A stretch of DNA of 64,000 nt, from NCBI GenBank assembly GCA_030770535.1, contig JASVEC010000022.1, positions 806,001 to 870,000 of the forward strand, in the 5' to 3' direction. Under the pieces are notes generated by a model, which made no database searches, was not told the DNA's origin, and saw only the letters and a program-made list of their open reading frames with translations. Below, in pieces: positions 27,781-40,991 of the stretch (its first letter is position 1; each line of letters begins with the position of its first letter). The translations under genes and the position numbers were made by a program. The DNA comes from Batkoa obscura. Lineage: Eukaryota.

Positions 27781-28230
27781 ATGAGTGAAGGCCAAGCACA
27801 ACAGGTAGACAACAAACTATATATATAGTAACAAAACTAATCGACCTAGCTATTTCTTAGCATTCAAAATAAACTAATCGAAGATGAAAGAAATTTAAAT
27901 GTCATTCATCAACAGATAGCTACAATTGAAAGAGAAGTCAAGAGCAATCAACTAATTTTAAGTCAGATTAAAGAGTTTGATAATGTAGAGCGTACCTTTA
28001 AATCAGTTGGAAAAATGTAATTAGAACTAAATCCTTAATTTTTTTACTTTATTAACCTTTTATTAAGGTTTGTATTCACCCCTGTACAGCAGATTGAGAA
28101 AGAAAATGTAGATACCACTGCAAAAAATCAAGAACTTTTACAAGCTTTAAAAAAGAAAGCCAAGTTTTTAGAAAACAAAGTCAATGATACTCGTTCTCAC
28201 TTAAAAGATGTACTGCATTCAAGAGCTTAA
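27781..28230 (+). CDS. PFD1: Prefoldin subunit 1 (2 introns; missed by ORF track)
   Basis: Spliced: MSEGQAQQLFLSIQNKLIE...ERTFKSVGKMFV...KKKAKFLENKVNDTRSHLKDVLHSRA*; coiled coil with the prefoldin-beta SVGKMF hairpin. Confidence 0.85.
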
Positions 28231-28297
28231 TTTTAAATAAAAATACTTTTAATTTATATTCTATTTTATTTTATTTTTATCTATATGATTCTATGAC

Positions 28298-30250
28298 TTA
28301 AAGAGGTAGCGTAACAAGTGCCTTAAGCAACAGATTCTTCTCTGAGATTCTACATATAAGTGCAAATCTATGATTACGCGATTTAACATTAAGTAATTCC
28401 TTTCTATCCATTTCAATTGAAGTTATTGGAGAAAACAAACTAAGTCGATGGTTTATCAATCTCCTTAACACGTTTCCAATTTTAACATAGATCTCATTCG
28501 CTTTCTTATGGTGGCTGGTTTTATGTTTTTTATTTTTTTGTTCTACACTCAATAGATCACTCCATTGTTCATACTTCTCACTCATAAATTCCTTTAATTC
28601 GTTTATTCCTTCTTCCTTATCAAATTTAGTCATAAGCTGTGCTATTTTTGCTTCAGGAAGATGTAAAACATAAAGTAGATTAAAGAAGTTAAAGCTTATT
28701 TGCCCTTCACTTAAAATTCGCAAATCCGCTAAATTAAGCATCTCTTCTTCTTCTTCTTCTTCTTCTTCTTCATCGTCTACAATTTCACCTTCTATTTCAC
28801 TTTCATCTATTTCTTGTTCATCTTCATTATCACTTTCTTCGCCTTCGCCTCCATCGTCATGATCATTGCCTTCTTCCTCTTCTTCTTCACCCTCGATTTC
28901 ATCTTCTCCTTCCTCTTCATAAAAAGCCTGAGCAAGTCTATTAAAAAATTCTACCTTGTTTAGTAGCTCACTATCATTTATTTCATCCTTACTCAAAAAC
29001 TCCTCAATTACATATTTAGTATTAAATATAATATCTTCATCCGGGTTATCCAAGTCTGCAAACCCATATCTTTCTAACAACTCCGAGTTATTAAGTATAC
29101 CATAAGTATTGAATATTTCTTTATCTTTTTTACACTTTAACACTACTCTTAACTGTATCTGATTATCTTTATCATAATCTTTATCTAACTCGTAGCATTC
29201 TTCTTCATTAAGTTCACTTTTGATGCCACTGGGCTCAGTTTCTTCTTCATCAATTAATTCAACAACTGAATCTGTATCACTATTATTTGATTTGGAGCAT
29301 TCTTCTCCTTCTATTTCCTCTTCGTCTAATCCTTCTTCTTCAACTGAGTGAACACAATCTTCGATGGCTCCACATTCTTCACATACTGAGTCCGACTCTA
29401 AATGTATGTTTTCAGCTCTTGACTTATGATTGAACCTAGCTAAAGTTAATAAATTAAGCAATATCATATACTGTTAGTCTTACAAATCAGCTAATGGAAC
29501 CATAGCTTCACCATGGTATTCATCAACTGCGAAAGCTCTAGAGTTGACTAAAGTGATAGCATTAAGATACGAGCTTAGAGTAAAAAATGATTTGTCAAAA
29601 ATAGCAGGGTATTTCTGAACTAGAGGGAGAATGATTGTGTTGTAATTTTCAGTAAGCCCTGTCTAAAAACGATCAATGAAACTCAATATATATTATTATT
29701 TAAAGCTACTTACTTTATATTCATTTACAATACTTCCAATCTGAGTACCATTTAACTTTACCAAGTCACTTTGCTCCCAAAGTGTAGGTACACTTTCAAA
29801 CTTTTGCATTATATTGAAATAGTCATACCATGGTGACCTTTCTTGAATACTTAATTCATACATAAGTGCAATAACCAAAGCAGTCTTGTCAAACATCTCT
29901 TCGTCTTCAAAGACATTGGCAATACCACAAGTTCTATGTGATAATATGGATTCTTTAGGTATCGTGCAAACTAAAAAATATTGTTATTTTTAGAATATTT
30001 TTAATAAAAGATTCTTACTTATCTCATCTTCGTCAATATCCTGTTTAGCAAGGACACCAAAGTCATGTCCTGAAGTAGGTGTTTGGTCATTTTTAATACC
30101 ATTTCTACTATTATTCTTTAACTCTCTGGTACAGTTAACTTTGATTTCTATTTTTTCTTCATCATACCAAATTCTATTAAGCTTCAACCATCTTTTAAAC
30201 TTGATTAGTAATTGTTCTCCTTGACTATCTATTCCATTTAATACTGCCAT
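28298..30250 (-). CDS. SET-domain protein-lysine methyltransferase (SETD6/RKM3-like) with long acidic inserts
   Basis: FKRWLK, FGVLAKQDI, SPWYDYF, VPTLW, VNSRAFAVDEYHGEAMVPLADLFNH, EIFNTYGILNNSELLERYGF; 3 introns. Confidence 0.88.
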
Positions 30251-30381
30251 TTTGATAATTAAAAAGCATTCTTTAAATTTTTAATAATTTCTATTTATTC
30301 TTTTCATTGGCCATAAAAGAATTTGACTAAATCATGGAAATTTTATTCCTTTAGATATTGCCCATCTTTCAACTCAAAAAA

Positions 30382-32601
30382 ATGGATTTGACCAAATATA
30401 ATAGCAGTAGTGAAGGGGAAGAAACCACAGCACTCCCTCTAGCTGATAAAGTAATCAAATATAAAGTACAAACAGCGCCAGAGGTTGAAATAGAGGTAAG
30501 AGGTCATTTTCATCAGTTTTTTCTTATGAGATAACCTTATTTGTAGAAACAAGACATATATAAAAATTACATTAAAGAAGATAAAAATAGTGCAAAAAAA
30601 GTGGGTGGGTTAGCCACCAGATCAATCATGGAAATCAATATTCCTTATGAGCACATGCCAAAACAGGAAGATTTATCCAATCATCCAAGTGAAAAAGCGC
30701 AGCAATTATTAGCAAAACAGGGAGTTTATGGTAAATTTAATTGACCATTTTTGATGACTTGGCTTTAATTTTCTACAGGTCACCTTGAGCCTCAATCTTA
30801 TTCGGATTACCATTTCATGGCTCAAAATCATAATTTCCTATCCAGAGGATTTGCAAAGGATCCCAGTATTAATACTTTAGATGATAAGGGAAACTTAGGA
30901 CGTGGTATGGACGGCACTGGATATGTTGGAGATGTAGAAAAATTCAATCATTATAATGGTATTAACTGAAATATTCAAATTAGAGACAAAGTTCATTAAA
31001 ATAATTTATTAAAGGTATTGATGTTGGCCTTGAGATGCCTAAAAAGATACGCAAAGAAATTAAAAGTAAAAGAAAATCTAAAGGAGATGTGGCGGTATTA
31101 GAAGGGGAAAATGCTTATCTTGGACCTTGGGCTGGGTACCAAGAAGATAAAACTGACGAGCCGCCAGAGGCTAGTTTAGAGGTAATGGATATAATATTGA
31201 TTTTATAGAATACTCTATAACTTTTAATAGGATTTAACTAAAGAAGCCCTTTCTGAAGAAGAAGAAGAAAAGAAAAAGAAAAAAGTTAGGGAATTGGCAG
31301 AGGGTATGGAATCAAGTATATTCCATGGTAATAATTTTTTTTATTAAAGATAGAATTATAATGGTAACATAATTTTAAAGGTACTGAAGAGCGTGATTAT
31401 CTTGGAAGAACATACATGCACATACCGCTTGATTTAGATGTTGATTTACATGCTGAGCCTGGCTCAGTACAAAATTTCTTACCAAAGAAATTGATACATA
31501 CTTGGGAAGGTCATGCTAAAGGAACATCCTGTGCTAGGTTGTTTCCAGGCTCAGGACATTTATTATTGTCTTGTGGTATGGATTCTAAAGTTAAAGTAGG
31601 TCTAATTTTAAACAACATTTTAAATAGTTAATAATTTATATTTAGTTATGGGATGTTTATCATGAACGTGAATTGTTGCGATCATATATTGGGCACAATA
31701 AAACGATACGTGAAGTTAATTTTAGTAGTGATGGTTCAAGGTTTATTTCATGCTCCTATGATCGATTTATTAAGATTTGGGATACTGAAACTGGTAAAAT
31801 CATTTAGTAAAGTGTTTTTATACATTTATTCATCTATTGTTAGGCCAATGTATACGTACTATTACCACCGGAAAGATCCCATATACAGCTAAATTTATGC
31901 CAGACCCAAATCGACAAAATATAATCATGGCTGGGTTTTCAGATAAAAAAATCATACAGGTAAACAAAATTACTATTTATTATTATATTGTATTATTTAC
32001 TCACTTTTCTAGTTCGACATAAATAGCGGCAACATCAAACAGGAATACGACCAGCATTTAGGAGCCATTAACAGCATTACCTTTGTAGATGATAATAAAA
32101 GATTCATGTCTACCTCAGACGATAAAACTTTACGTGTATGGGAAAATGATATACCCGTAGTGATCAAATATGTAGCTGAACCTCATATGCACTCAATGCC
32201 AAGTGTAAGTTTGCATCCAAGCAAAAAATATGTGGCCTGTCAATCTTTAGACAATCAAATATTGATTTATGGAGCTAAAGGTAGATTCTCTCAAAACAAT
32301 AAAAAACGCTTTACAGGCCACGTTGTGGCTGGGTATGCATGTCAACCTAACTTTTCTCCTGATGGGAGATTTTTAATTTCAGGGGATGCTGATGGCTCCC
32401 TTTGGTTTTGGGATTGGAAGACTACAAAGGTTTTAAAGTAAGTTTAGTATTGTATTACGCTATTTATTTTGATTCATTAATTTTATTTGAAGAAAAATGA
32501 AATGTCATAAATCGGTACTTATTGGTTGTGAATGGCACCCACATGAAACCTCAAAGGTCGTTACTTGGTCCTGGGATGGGTCCATTAAATACTGGGATTA
32601 A
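30382..32601 (+). CDS. CDC40: Pre-mRNA splicing factor Prp17/CDC40 (WD40), many introns
   Basis: [81 protein letters not shown]. Confidence 0.95.
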
Positions 32602-32653
32602 TAAAGATAATTATTAAATATGCCTAATTAAAGAGTATTTATTCATTTGCATT

Positions 32654-35251
32654 TTATTTTAAATAAAGTGGTAAAACACATCTTGCAGATATACAATCCA
32701 ATATCCAGTAATAAGGAACAGAACAATGATCATCAATGTTAGAATCACTCGGATATACTTTTAGCACGTGATTTTTATTTGGAAAAGGAATTAATCTAAA
32801 ATTATTGACTAATGCAAAATTTTTATACTCACCATCTTCACTCCCATGATTATCATCATTGTTATTACTTAATATATTCTTTCCCTTATCATTTTGTAGT
32901 AAAATATTATAACTTCCATTCAAACTCAACATACTTTTAAACTTTGTTATGTTCAAGTTCTTCTCTTCAGTTATGGATGGAATTAGAATACTATAATCAT
33001 CATAGTCATAGCTTATTTTACCATCCAAAAGTGAGATTAACTTAATTAAATCTTCTTTGCTTGGCCTAACATTTTTGAAGTTACCTACAAAAGCAAATGA
33101 ATATCCATCAAAAAAATTAAGTTTATTCAATGATTTCATGGGCTGAATACTATTTATTAACGGTCCATATGCTTTAGTACCATAAGTATAATAATCCATT
33201 TCCTCAATAACCCTTTCCTCTAATAAACTATCGAATAGCCAATTTACATCTACTACATTTACGTTATGAATTAAACATAGTAAATATTTAAACGTTCTTT
33301 GTGCAATCAGTCTACCATTATGCTGAGTGCCATCTACAATTAGATGACTAATTTTACCATAGCTTAGATCCTTTTTCACTTCTTTAATTAGGATTCCGAC
33401 AGTATTTAATTCCTCCATCGTTTTATCCACTTTCTTTCTCATATTCAGTGTTAAATTTGAAAACGCTATATAAATAGGCTTATTGTTAGGCGCCTTACCG
33501 TTATCATTAACATTCTCTTTTATTAACTTGGTCATCTTATTCTTATTAGAATGACTTTGACTTGATTCTTTACTAGCTGTATGATCTATATTACTAGATG
33601 TTCTTTTCTGCGCTTTGCTTTTAATATTCATAGCTATTTTAATCTGTCGCTTTAGTACCTCATCAACTCTATCTTTATGATCTTTTTTTGGCCCTCCACA
33701 TCCTTCACATGCCTTATAGCGTGGATTATTTAAGTAAGTACAACTTAAGCACTCCCACCTATCTTTACTGTATATATTACTTTGTGCATTTATTTTACAC
33801 TTATTTTTCTTTGGTCTTTCTTTAACTATATATTTTTGGACCTCCTCAGGTTTAATTTCTTCATCTCTTTCTTCCATTTTTACAAGTTTATTATTTAATA
33901 ATGTATTTGGCTTATAATGATATTTTACTGCTGTACATTTGATTGTTATTTTCTTACTGACTTCGTATTTATTAGGTGGTTCTATTTTATTTGTATTCTT
34001 ATTACTTAAACTATTATTCAAATTTCCATTGTTATTTAAATTATCTTTGAAGCTATTATTACTAGTCGTACTTGTGTAATAATTTTCTAGTATAAGTTGA
34101 TTTGCGATATCCTTAGTATTATGACTCAAAACTGGTTTATCTTGAGATAATTCTTGTGGTCTTACATTATCCTTAAACTCTTCTTTATTATCTTCTTTAT
34201 TATCTTCTTTATCAACTAAAATACTTTCATTGAATATCATCTGGTTCTCACAAACTCCATTTGAATCATTATTTTCGTATGCATTAGTTTCATCACTATT
34301 TAATATATGAGTTTCATACTTCCTGTCCGCTTCTTTATTACTTAGTTCATGGTCATAACTCCTACTAACGCCCAAATTATATTCCCTAATTAATCTTTCT
34401 TGATCAAAAAAAGTAAGTTGAACTGAACGTCCTGTTTTAATAGGCTTCTTTTCAGATAAGTTATCCTTAATTGGGACCACTTCTTGATTGTTAGTTTCTT
34501 CGGGTGAAGGTGTAAAAAGGGCATTTTTTAATAGCGAATGAGCATCTGACTGTGTTTCAGCCTCATTAGTAATTTCTTCTGGTGATGTAAAATAGATTTT
34601 CTTTAGTTCTGTGTCAATATTCGAGTCATTCATACTTTTCTGATTAGCTCCCTTTTCTTTAGCATCGTCTTTTAAACCCCCTTTCAATCTAAATTGACTT
34701 TGATGATTGATCGCTTTTTCTTTTGTATTAAAGTTTATTATCTCATCCAATTCAACTGTAGTTTCTCTATGAATATCTTTTTCTTTCAACTTTCGATCTC
34801 GTTTATTAGCTTCTTTTCCTCTTGCATCACAATTTAAATTTTCCTTCAGTTTAGCTCCGATGTCCTTCTTAGCCTCGTTTTGTTTCGTGTCACTACTCGA
34901 TACTTCTTTTAGCCTAGTTCCTCTTTGGCTATTAAGTTCTTTTTCATTTACATTGCCCTCTACTTCTTCCAAGCTCTCTTTGTCTGGCTCAAACAATAGC
35001 TCTTGAAGATCACTAAATAGATTTTGAATTTCTGTCAAACTATTACTCGCCTTCAGATTGCCTGGAAACGCTAAACATTTACATTGTGGACACATACCCC
35101 TTGTACCCACATACATCAAAGCACAATCAAAACAAAACGAATGTCCACAGGAGTACAGTGTACTTGGTGATTCCGTTGGCTTGAAACAGATATTGCAAGT
35201 CAATAAATCGGCTATGTTTTTTAGCCTTGTTTTGAAGCTGGGAGGTGACAT
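32654..35251 (-). CDS. BRCA1/BARD1-like protein: N-terminal C3HC4 RING, central RanBP2/NZF zinc finger, tandem C-terminal BRCT; intronless
   Basis: RING LTCNIC...CGHSFCFDC...CPQC..LAF; NZF WECLSCTYLNNPRYKACEGCG; BRCT1 SHLIV...RTFKYLLCL...VNWLFDS; BRCT2 FFDGYSFAFVGNF...KEDLIKLI...WILDCIS. Confidence 0.8.
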   Translation of the reverse strand: MSPPSFKTRLKNIADLLTCNICFKPTESPSTLYSCGHSFCFDCALMYVGTRGMCPQCKCLAFPGNLKASNSLTEIQNLFSDLQELLFEPDKESLEEVEGNVNEKELNSQRGTRLKEVSSSDTKQNEAKKDIGAKLKENLNCDARGKEANKRDRKLKEKDIHRETTVELDEIINFNTKEKAINHQSQFRLKGGLKDDAKEKGANQKSMNDSNIDTELKKIYFTSPEEITNEAETQSDAHSLLKNALFTPSPEETNNQEVVPIKDNLSEKKPIKTGRSVQLTFFDQERLIREYNLGVSRSYDHELSNKEADRKYETHILNSDETNAYENNDSNGVCENQMIFNESILVDKEDNKEDNKEEFKDNVRPQELSQDKPVLSHNTKDIANQLILENYYTSTTSNNSFKDNLNNNGNLNNSLSNKNTNKIEPPNKYEVSKKITIKCTAVKYHYKPNTLLNNKLVKMEERDEEIKPEEVQKYIVKERPKKNKCKINAQSNIYSKDRWECLSCTYLNNPRYKACEGCGGPKKDHKDRVDEVLKRQIKIAMNIKSKAQKRTSSNIDHTASKESSQSHSNKNKMTKLIKENVNDNGKAPNNKPIYIAFSNLTLNMRKKVDKTMEELNTVGILIKEVKKDLSYGKISHLIVDGTQHNGRLIAQRTFKYLLCLIHNVNVVDVNWLFDSLLEERVIEEMDYYTYGTKAYGPLINSIQPMKSLNKLNFFDGYSFAFVGNFKNVRPSKEDLIKLISLLDGKISYDYDDYSILIPSITEEKNLNITKFKSMLSLNGSYNILLQNDKGKNILSNNNDDNHGSEDGEYKNFALVNNFRLIPFPNKNHVLKVYPSDSNIDDHCSVPYYWILDCISARCVLPLYLK

Positions 35252-35592
35252 TTTGGTTATAAATTGGAAATAAAGAAAGAATCTAAATTTAGTAAACTAA
35301 GTACTATTATCATCAGTTTTCGTGTATGCAGTTTAGTTCTAAGTTTATTAAATGAAACTATTGTTGAATTCAATCATAATCTATTGGTTAGAAAATATCA
35401 AAAATTGAAATATTACATTAATAAATTGAGTAGATTTTATCATTTTAGTATAAGCAAGCTAAGTTAACTTACACTCACCTGCTCAACTTTCATTATATTA
35501 ACATTGACTTGCTAGAAAATGTAAACTATAAATAATACTATTTTCATAATACTTAAATCAAAAATAAGCTATAAAACACAAATAAAATTTAA

Positions 35593-37844
35593 TTAAAAGG
35601 TAAACTCTTCACGGAAAGAATTGATGTCTTTAGCGTCGCATTTCTCTACCAAATCGGTACGATCCAACATATACAAGGTCATTCTCAAAGTATCCCATAC
35701 ATGAGAAGAGGATCTAGTACTATTGAGAGGTAATGAAGAACCAGAAGGATCCTTAGTGTTATTTTCTTGAGATTGTAAAGATAAAGCAGCTAAGAGGTGT
35801 TCGGCAGCTTCATGATATTGGCCAAGGTTGATAGAACTGATAGCTAGATTGTATCTAGCTCTTATAAAGGTAGGGTTCAATTCTAAAGCTTTGAAGTAAG
35901 CTTCCATGGCCTTGGATGGTTCTTGGCTATTGGCTAAGGTGGCACCTAATTTATTCCATAATAAATAATCCTAAATATATTTAGTTAATAAAATATAATA
36001 ATATCATAGAAGTCATTACATCTGGTCTGGTAGATAAAGCAGATTCAAAACAGTCTACTGCTTTATCATATTCCTCAGAAATATTCAATAAAACACCTAA
36101 AGCAATTTGTACTTCTGGATCAAAAGTATCGGTAGTATTAGCCCTAACTGCATCTAAGTAAAGGTTGAATATGTATTCATGGCGTTGATCCCCATTTTGT
36201 GGCGGGTTGGGTCTAACAAGATGTTTATAGGTTGGGCTGTTTTGTACCCATGATTCTAAAGCATCATACGCATCATTGATGCAATTTTCATTGGTATAAG
36301 AAACTGCTAAAGCTAACCAAGCATCACATAAAGAGGGGTTCAAAGATACTGCTTGTCTCAATGCAGCAATGGCAGCTGCTTCCCTTTCATTTTCTTGTTG
36401 TCTTAATCCTAATTTATGCCATGCAGAGGCATCTTCTGGATTAATTTGGGTTTTTGCTTCCAGAGCAGGTAAGGAAGTAGCAAGATCCTTACTGTTGATA
36501 GCAGAATCTAAAATTTCTTGTGGTGCATCCAAAAAATGATTCACTTTCGAGAATGGATAATGATCATAAATTGGATTAGCAGATCGATTGATCTTCGAGG
36601 CAGTTTCATATTTTTCCCAATCTTTTTGTAATTTGTCCCATTCAATGTCTTGTGGATTTTCATTCATACTGAGTATTTGTTCTTTATAGTCGTCTACCCA
36701 ATTACTAAATTTAAAGGCTTGCTCAAATTCTTCATCTGATAACTCAGCAAGACTAGTTTTTGGCTCGTCAAATCTTTCATCTTGGCTTTGAATAAATTCT
36801 TCTGCCCAATTCTTAGTCACATCTTGTGGATTGAGTCCATTTAATTTTGAAGAATCTAAATGACCTGTAGAGGTCATTCCATCGCTCTGCTTGAAACTTT
36901 CACCTGTTTCTACAATTTTATCACCATCCACCTTCAGTTCACCATCACTAAATCCTTTGACCATATTAATAAATTTAGAATCTCTAAATTTAGGATTTGA
37001 GTCAACATCTACGTTATTAAGAAGCATTTCAGCTGTTTTCGCCATTAAATCTTTCTCGCTAACTGTTTCTTTATTGTTCAATATTTCTTCCTGTGCTTTT
37101 TCAAATATTTGAGCCCATTGAGTGCTATCCATGCTAGGCTGTTTTACTGATACTGAGGGCTGCTCATAGACTAGAAATAATAAATATTTATATCAAATTT
37201 TAATAATAATTTTACTCATAGGACGGGCCATTGGCATAAAAGGACGATGAAAGGGCATCATTCTATTGGTTCTCATTTCCATAGGGCGACTATTTTCTTG
37301 AGTCACATGGAATTTTGAAAATTCTTGACCCCACTCAGAATGGGATTGACTTTGATTTGAGTGCACCTCCATATTGTTATGAAAATGGCTTGTACTTGGA
37401 CCTTCTATGGCCATATGCTCAAATTCTTCCACGAAATCTTTGTTCATTTGGCGATGCCCTAAAACCTGCTCCCTTTGGTATAAGGACATGCCTTCTAATT
37501 CATTAGACACCCTCCCTAACATTGGGCCATCTTTCATAAATCGAGCATGGTTGTTAAAGTCTAAATGCTATAAAAGAATAAGTTTTTGGCTTTATGTTAT
37601 ATAGAAATAAACTACATTTTGATCTTCACGATGCATAGCTAAGTTTTGGAAGTTCTAAATCTGTCAATAAATGAAATTTAACAATAATGTGGCTAATTAC
37701 CTGCTCTGCATGAAATTGATTCCCATTTAAGTTTTGATTTTCTCTCATATTACCGCCACTAATTTGAGGCAGTAATTTGGCTAATGGATTATTACTCCCA
37801 GAACAATCTGGACCACCAGTAATTATATCTTTTAAGGCTGACAT
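35593..37844 (-). CDS. PEX5: Peroxisomal PTS1 receptor Pex5
   Basis: N-terminal Cys (GGPDCSGSNNPL), WxxxF/Y motifs (WGQEF, WAQIF, WAEEF, WVDDY), TPRs (AWHKLGLRQQENERE, LWNKLGATLAN, FIRARYNL). Confidence 0.95.
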
Positions 37845-38209
37845 GTTTTTCAATTAATTTTTAAAAAAGTAAAATTATAATTAATAATCGATTGCTTTTA
37901 TTTTTTTAGCTATACTTTGATTTTCATGCTATTTTGGTTTGGCTTTTAATGCCCTTCAACCAATCAAAAAAAAGTATATGGTGACTAATACGTCTTAGTG
38001 GAGCTGGTAATTTGTAGCTTAGGACTAAACTTTAGTTAAAATGAGTCCAATGATAATGAGTAAAAAACAACTCCTCTAATAATAAAATATTTTAAAATAT
38101 AAAACAAACTATAAACTCACAAAAAAAATAAATTAAAAAAATAAATTCTATTTTATAACAAATTATAAGATTTTATATAAACTGCTTTTCTAGATATAGT
38201 ACATCTTAT

Positions 38210-40034
38210 TTAATTATCAAGTTCAATTGTGGCTCCACGCTTAATTTTGCCCCATCCAATAAGTCTATTAATAATAAATTAATACTCTTGATACTATTAT
38301 TATTGCTATACAATTTACCTCCAATGTTTATCAATACGACGGGACAAAGCAATCTTTTCGCCTAACTCAGTACAAGCTGGGGAAGTTAAAGCAATCTTAG
38401 CCATATCTCCCTTAACAGTCAACACTCTGCCACCAGTAGAAGTAGAACCAATATTTACCATTAATACTTCGGCTTTGGCTAATTTTTGTACCTATAATGA
38501 TTATGAATTTCTATAATTAACATTGTAAATTAAAATTACTTTAGCCTGTTTTTTATCATCTGTCTTTACACCAAGTAATCGACGTAACAAAAAGAAATTA
38601 ATTTCCAATTCCGTATAAATGGCTGGTAATTTGCCTACAGCTCCTAACACCTAATAATGATTTAATAAAGCTAAAAACATTATTTTCCTATCATTTACTT
38701 GTCCAACCAAACGATCAGCACGACACAATGTAGGATCAATTTTAGTACCAACACCTAAAAACTAATTAATTTATTTAATTTGCTGTATATGTTGTATTTT
38801 ACCAATTAAACCTCCAGGAACAGCAAAGGCTAATTGATTACTTTCAGCAAGTAAAGTAACAATCCTTGAGAAAATAGGTCTAACTTTAAGGGAACCTTCA
38901 GCATCCTTAGTTACAATACCTGGTCTAACTTCAATTTCATCTCCTAACTAATAGAAAATTGATATAAAATATTTACTTTAAAATCAAAGTCCCTTACTTT
39001 AAGAACGCCAGTAAGTAAAGATCCACCAGCAACACCACCCTTAAGATCAGCAACTTCAGATCCAGGCTTATTAACATCAAATGAACGAATAACAATTAAT
39101 CTAGGATCGGATGTAAAGTCTCTTACAGGAACTGGAATACGCTTGCAAATATACTCATTAACAGCATCAATATTGTATTTCAATTGTGCAGAAATGGGTA
39201 CAATAGGTGCACCATCAGCTACAGTACCACGTACAAAGTCTAAGATGGATTGATAATGCTCTTCAGCTGCACTTGGTTTGATTAAATCCACTTTATTTTG
39301 TAATATAATAATGTGCTGTAACTTCATAATCTCAATAGCTGCTAAATGCTCTGAAGTTTGAGGTTGAGGACAGGATTCATTACCGGCAATAAGTAATAAT
39401 GCTGCGTCCATCACAGCAGCTCCGTTTAACATGGTAGCCATAAGAATATCGTGACCAGGACAATCAACAAATGATACATGACTATTGGGTGTTAATGTTT
39501 TTCTTAAATACTGATTGAGATTATTACCGTTCTAATTTCATGGTTCCACCACAGCCTGGTCTTTCGCAAGGTGGGCTGTCTTCTTTATCAGAACGATAAG
39601 AACGATAACATCCTGGTCTTGTACATTCTTCATTGGTACATTTGTAAATCTGCAAAATTATAAGATGTATTATTATATTAGTTAACTCATTTTTACTTTT
39701 GCGTTAGCATAACCAAGTTTAATGGTAATATTACGCTCCAATTCGTTCTTAAATCTAACAGTCTACATTAAAATAACGTTAATTTGTAATTTTTTGATTT
39801 TTTGTATTCTCCACTTACTTGTACACCAGAAATGGCTTTTACAACGGTAGATTTACCATGAGCTACGTGACCAATAGTACCTGAATAATTCGTAAATTAA
39901 TCATTGTTTTATATTTTTTGAATTCATATCCTACCAATATTGATGGTAGCTTGCTTTGAGATAACCTCAGGATGAAGTGGATGTAAAGTATTAACATCAA
40001 TATTCATCTTTGGAATTGTTTCTATTTCGGTCAT
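38210..40034 (-). CDS. GCD11: Translation initiation factor eIF2 gamma, many introns
   Basis: [69 protein letters not shown]. Confidence 0.97.
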
Positions 40035-40599
40035 TTTTATACGATTAACTAATGTTTAACTTCTATCCCTATCAATAAGAATGTTGGATTGTTTAATCGA
40101 GTTGAATTGATTTTTTACTTTTGGTTTGTAAGCCAATCAAATTTTAGAGTATTTTTAAAAAATTGATGTTTTTATTAAAAATAGTTGATTATGAAGTTTT
40201 TTTTAATAAGTAATTAAAGTTTATTTCATCTATTATAGCTTTTATACTATTATGTTATAGCTTTCAACTGCGCTAGAACTGTCAAATCTGAGTCATCATG
40301 ATTTTACTTATTTTGAAATTCCTATCTATTTTGTGTATAAGATAATGTAAACATAATAACAAACATTAATAAAAATTCACAAAAAAAATTAGAGAATATC
40401 ATAATTACTGCAGTTTTAGATTTAAGAAATTTTTATTTTGATAGTCAAGTATTAATCAAATTAAAATACTGTAATGAAAAAAACATATAAAGTATCAAAA
40501 CAAAACTATAGATAAATTACTATGACTTAAAACAAAAAAAAGATGAATATAACTTTAATAACAGAAATCATAATAGTAATCTCCATTTTTATTTCTTAA

Positions 40600-40991
40600 T
40601 TAAACCCTCATCTCCAATTTTTTCCCCAACCACATCACATTATCCAAGTTATCTTTCAACTTATTCACTGTTACTGGGTTAATCAAACAGGAGAGTCCAT
40701 TACGATTCACTGTTAACCAAGGTATCACTTGAGAGAACTGTTTAGGCGTAAATACATGTACTTTAAAATATTTGGCAGGATGAGGTGCTATTTAATGTTA
40801 TTAAGCTATAATTATAAACAAAATTATCAATGACTACCTTCTGGCTCCTCTTCAATTTGATAAGCAATGATATCCGGATATTGTCGGATCATGGTATCTC
40901 TTAATATTTGGGCTTTTTCGAGTTGACTAGAGTCTTCGGTAGAACTATAAACGTAAATTTGAAAGTAACTTATTGGGCGTGGAAATTCCAT
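40600..40991 (-). CDS. DOPA 4,5-dioxygenase-family small protein (1 intron; missed by ORF track)
   Basis: Spliced: MEFPRPISYFQIYVYSS...AQILRDTMIRQYPD...EAPHPAKYFKVHV...FSQVIPWLTVNRNGLSCLINPVT...DNVMWLGKKL; matches the family pattern PHP / WLxxNRxGLSxL / WLG. Confidence 0.75.
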
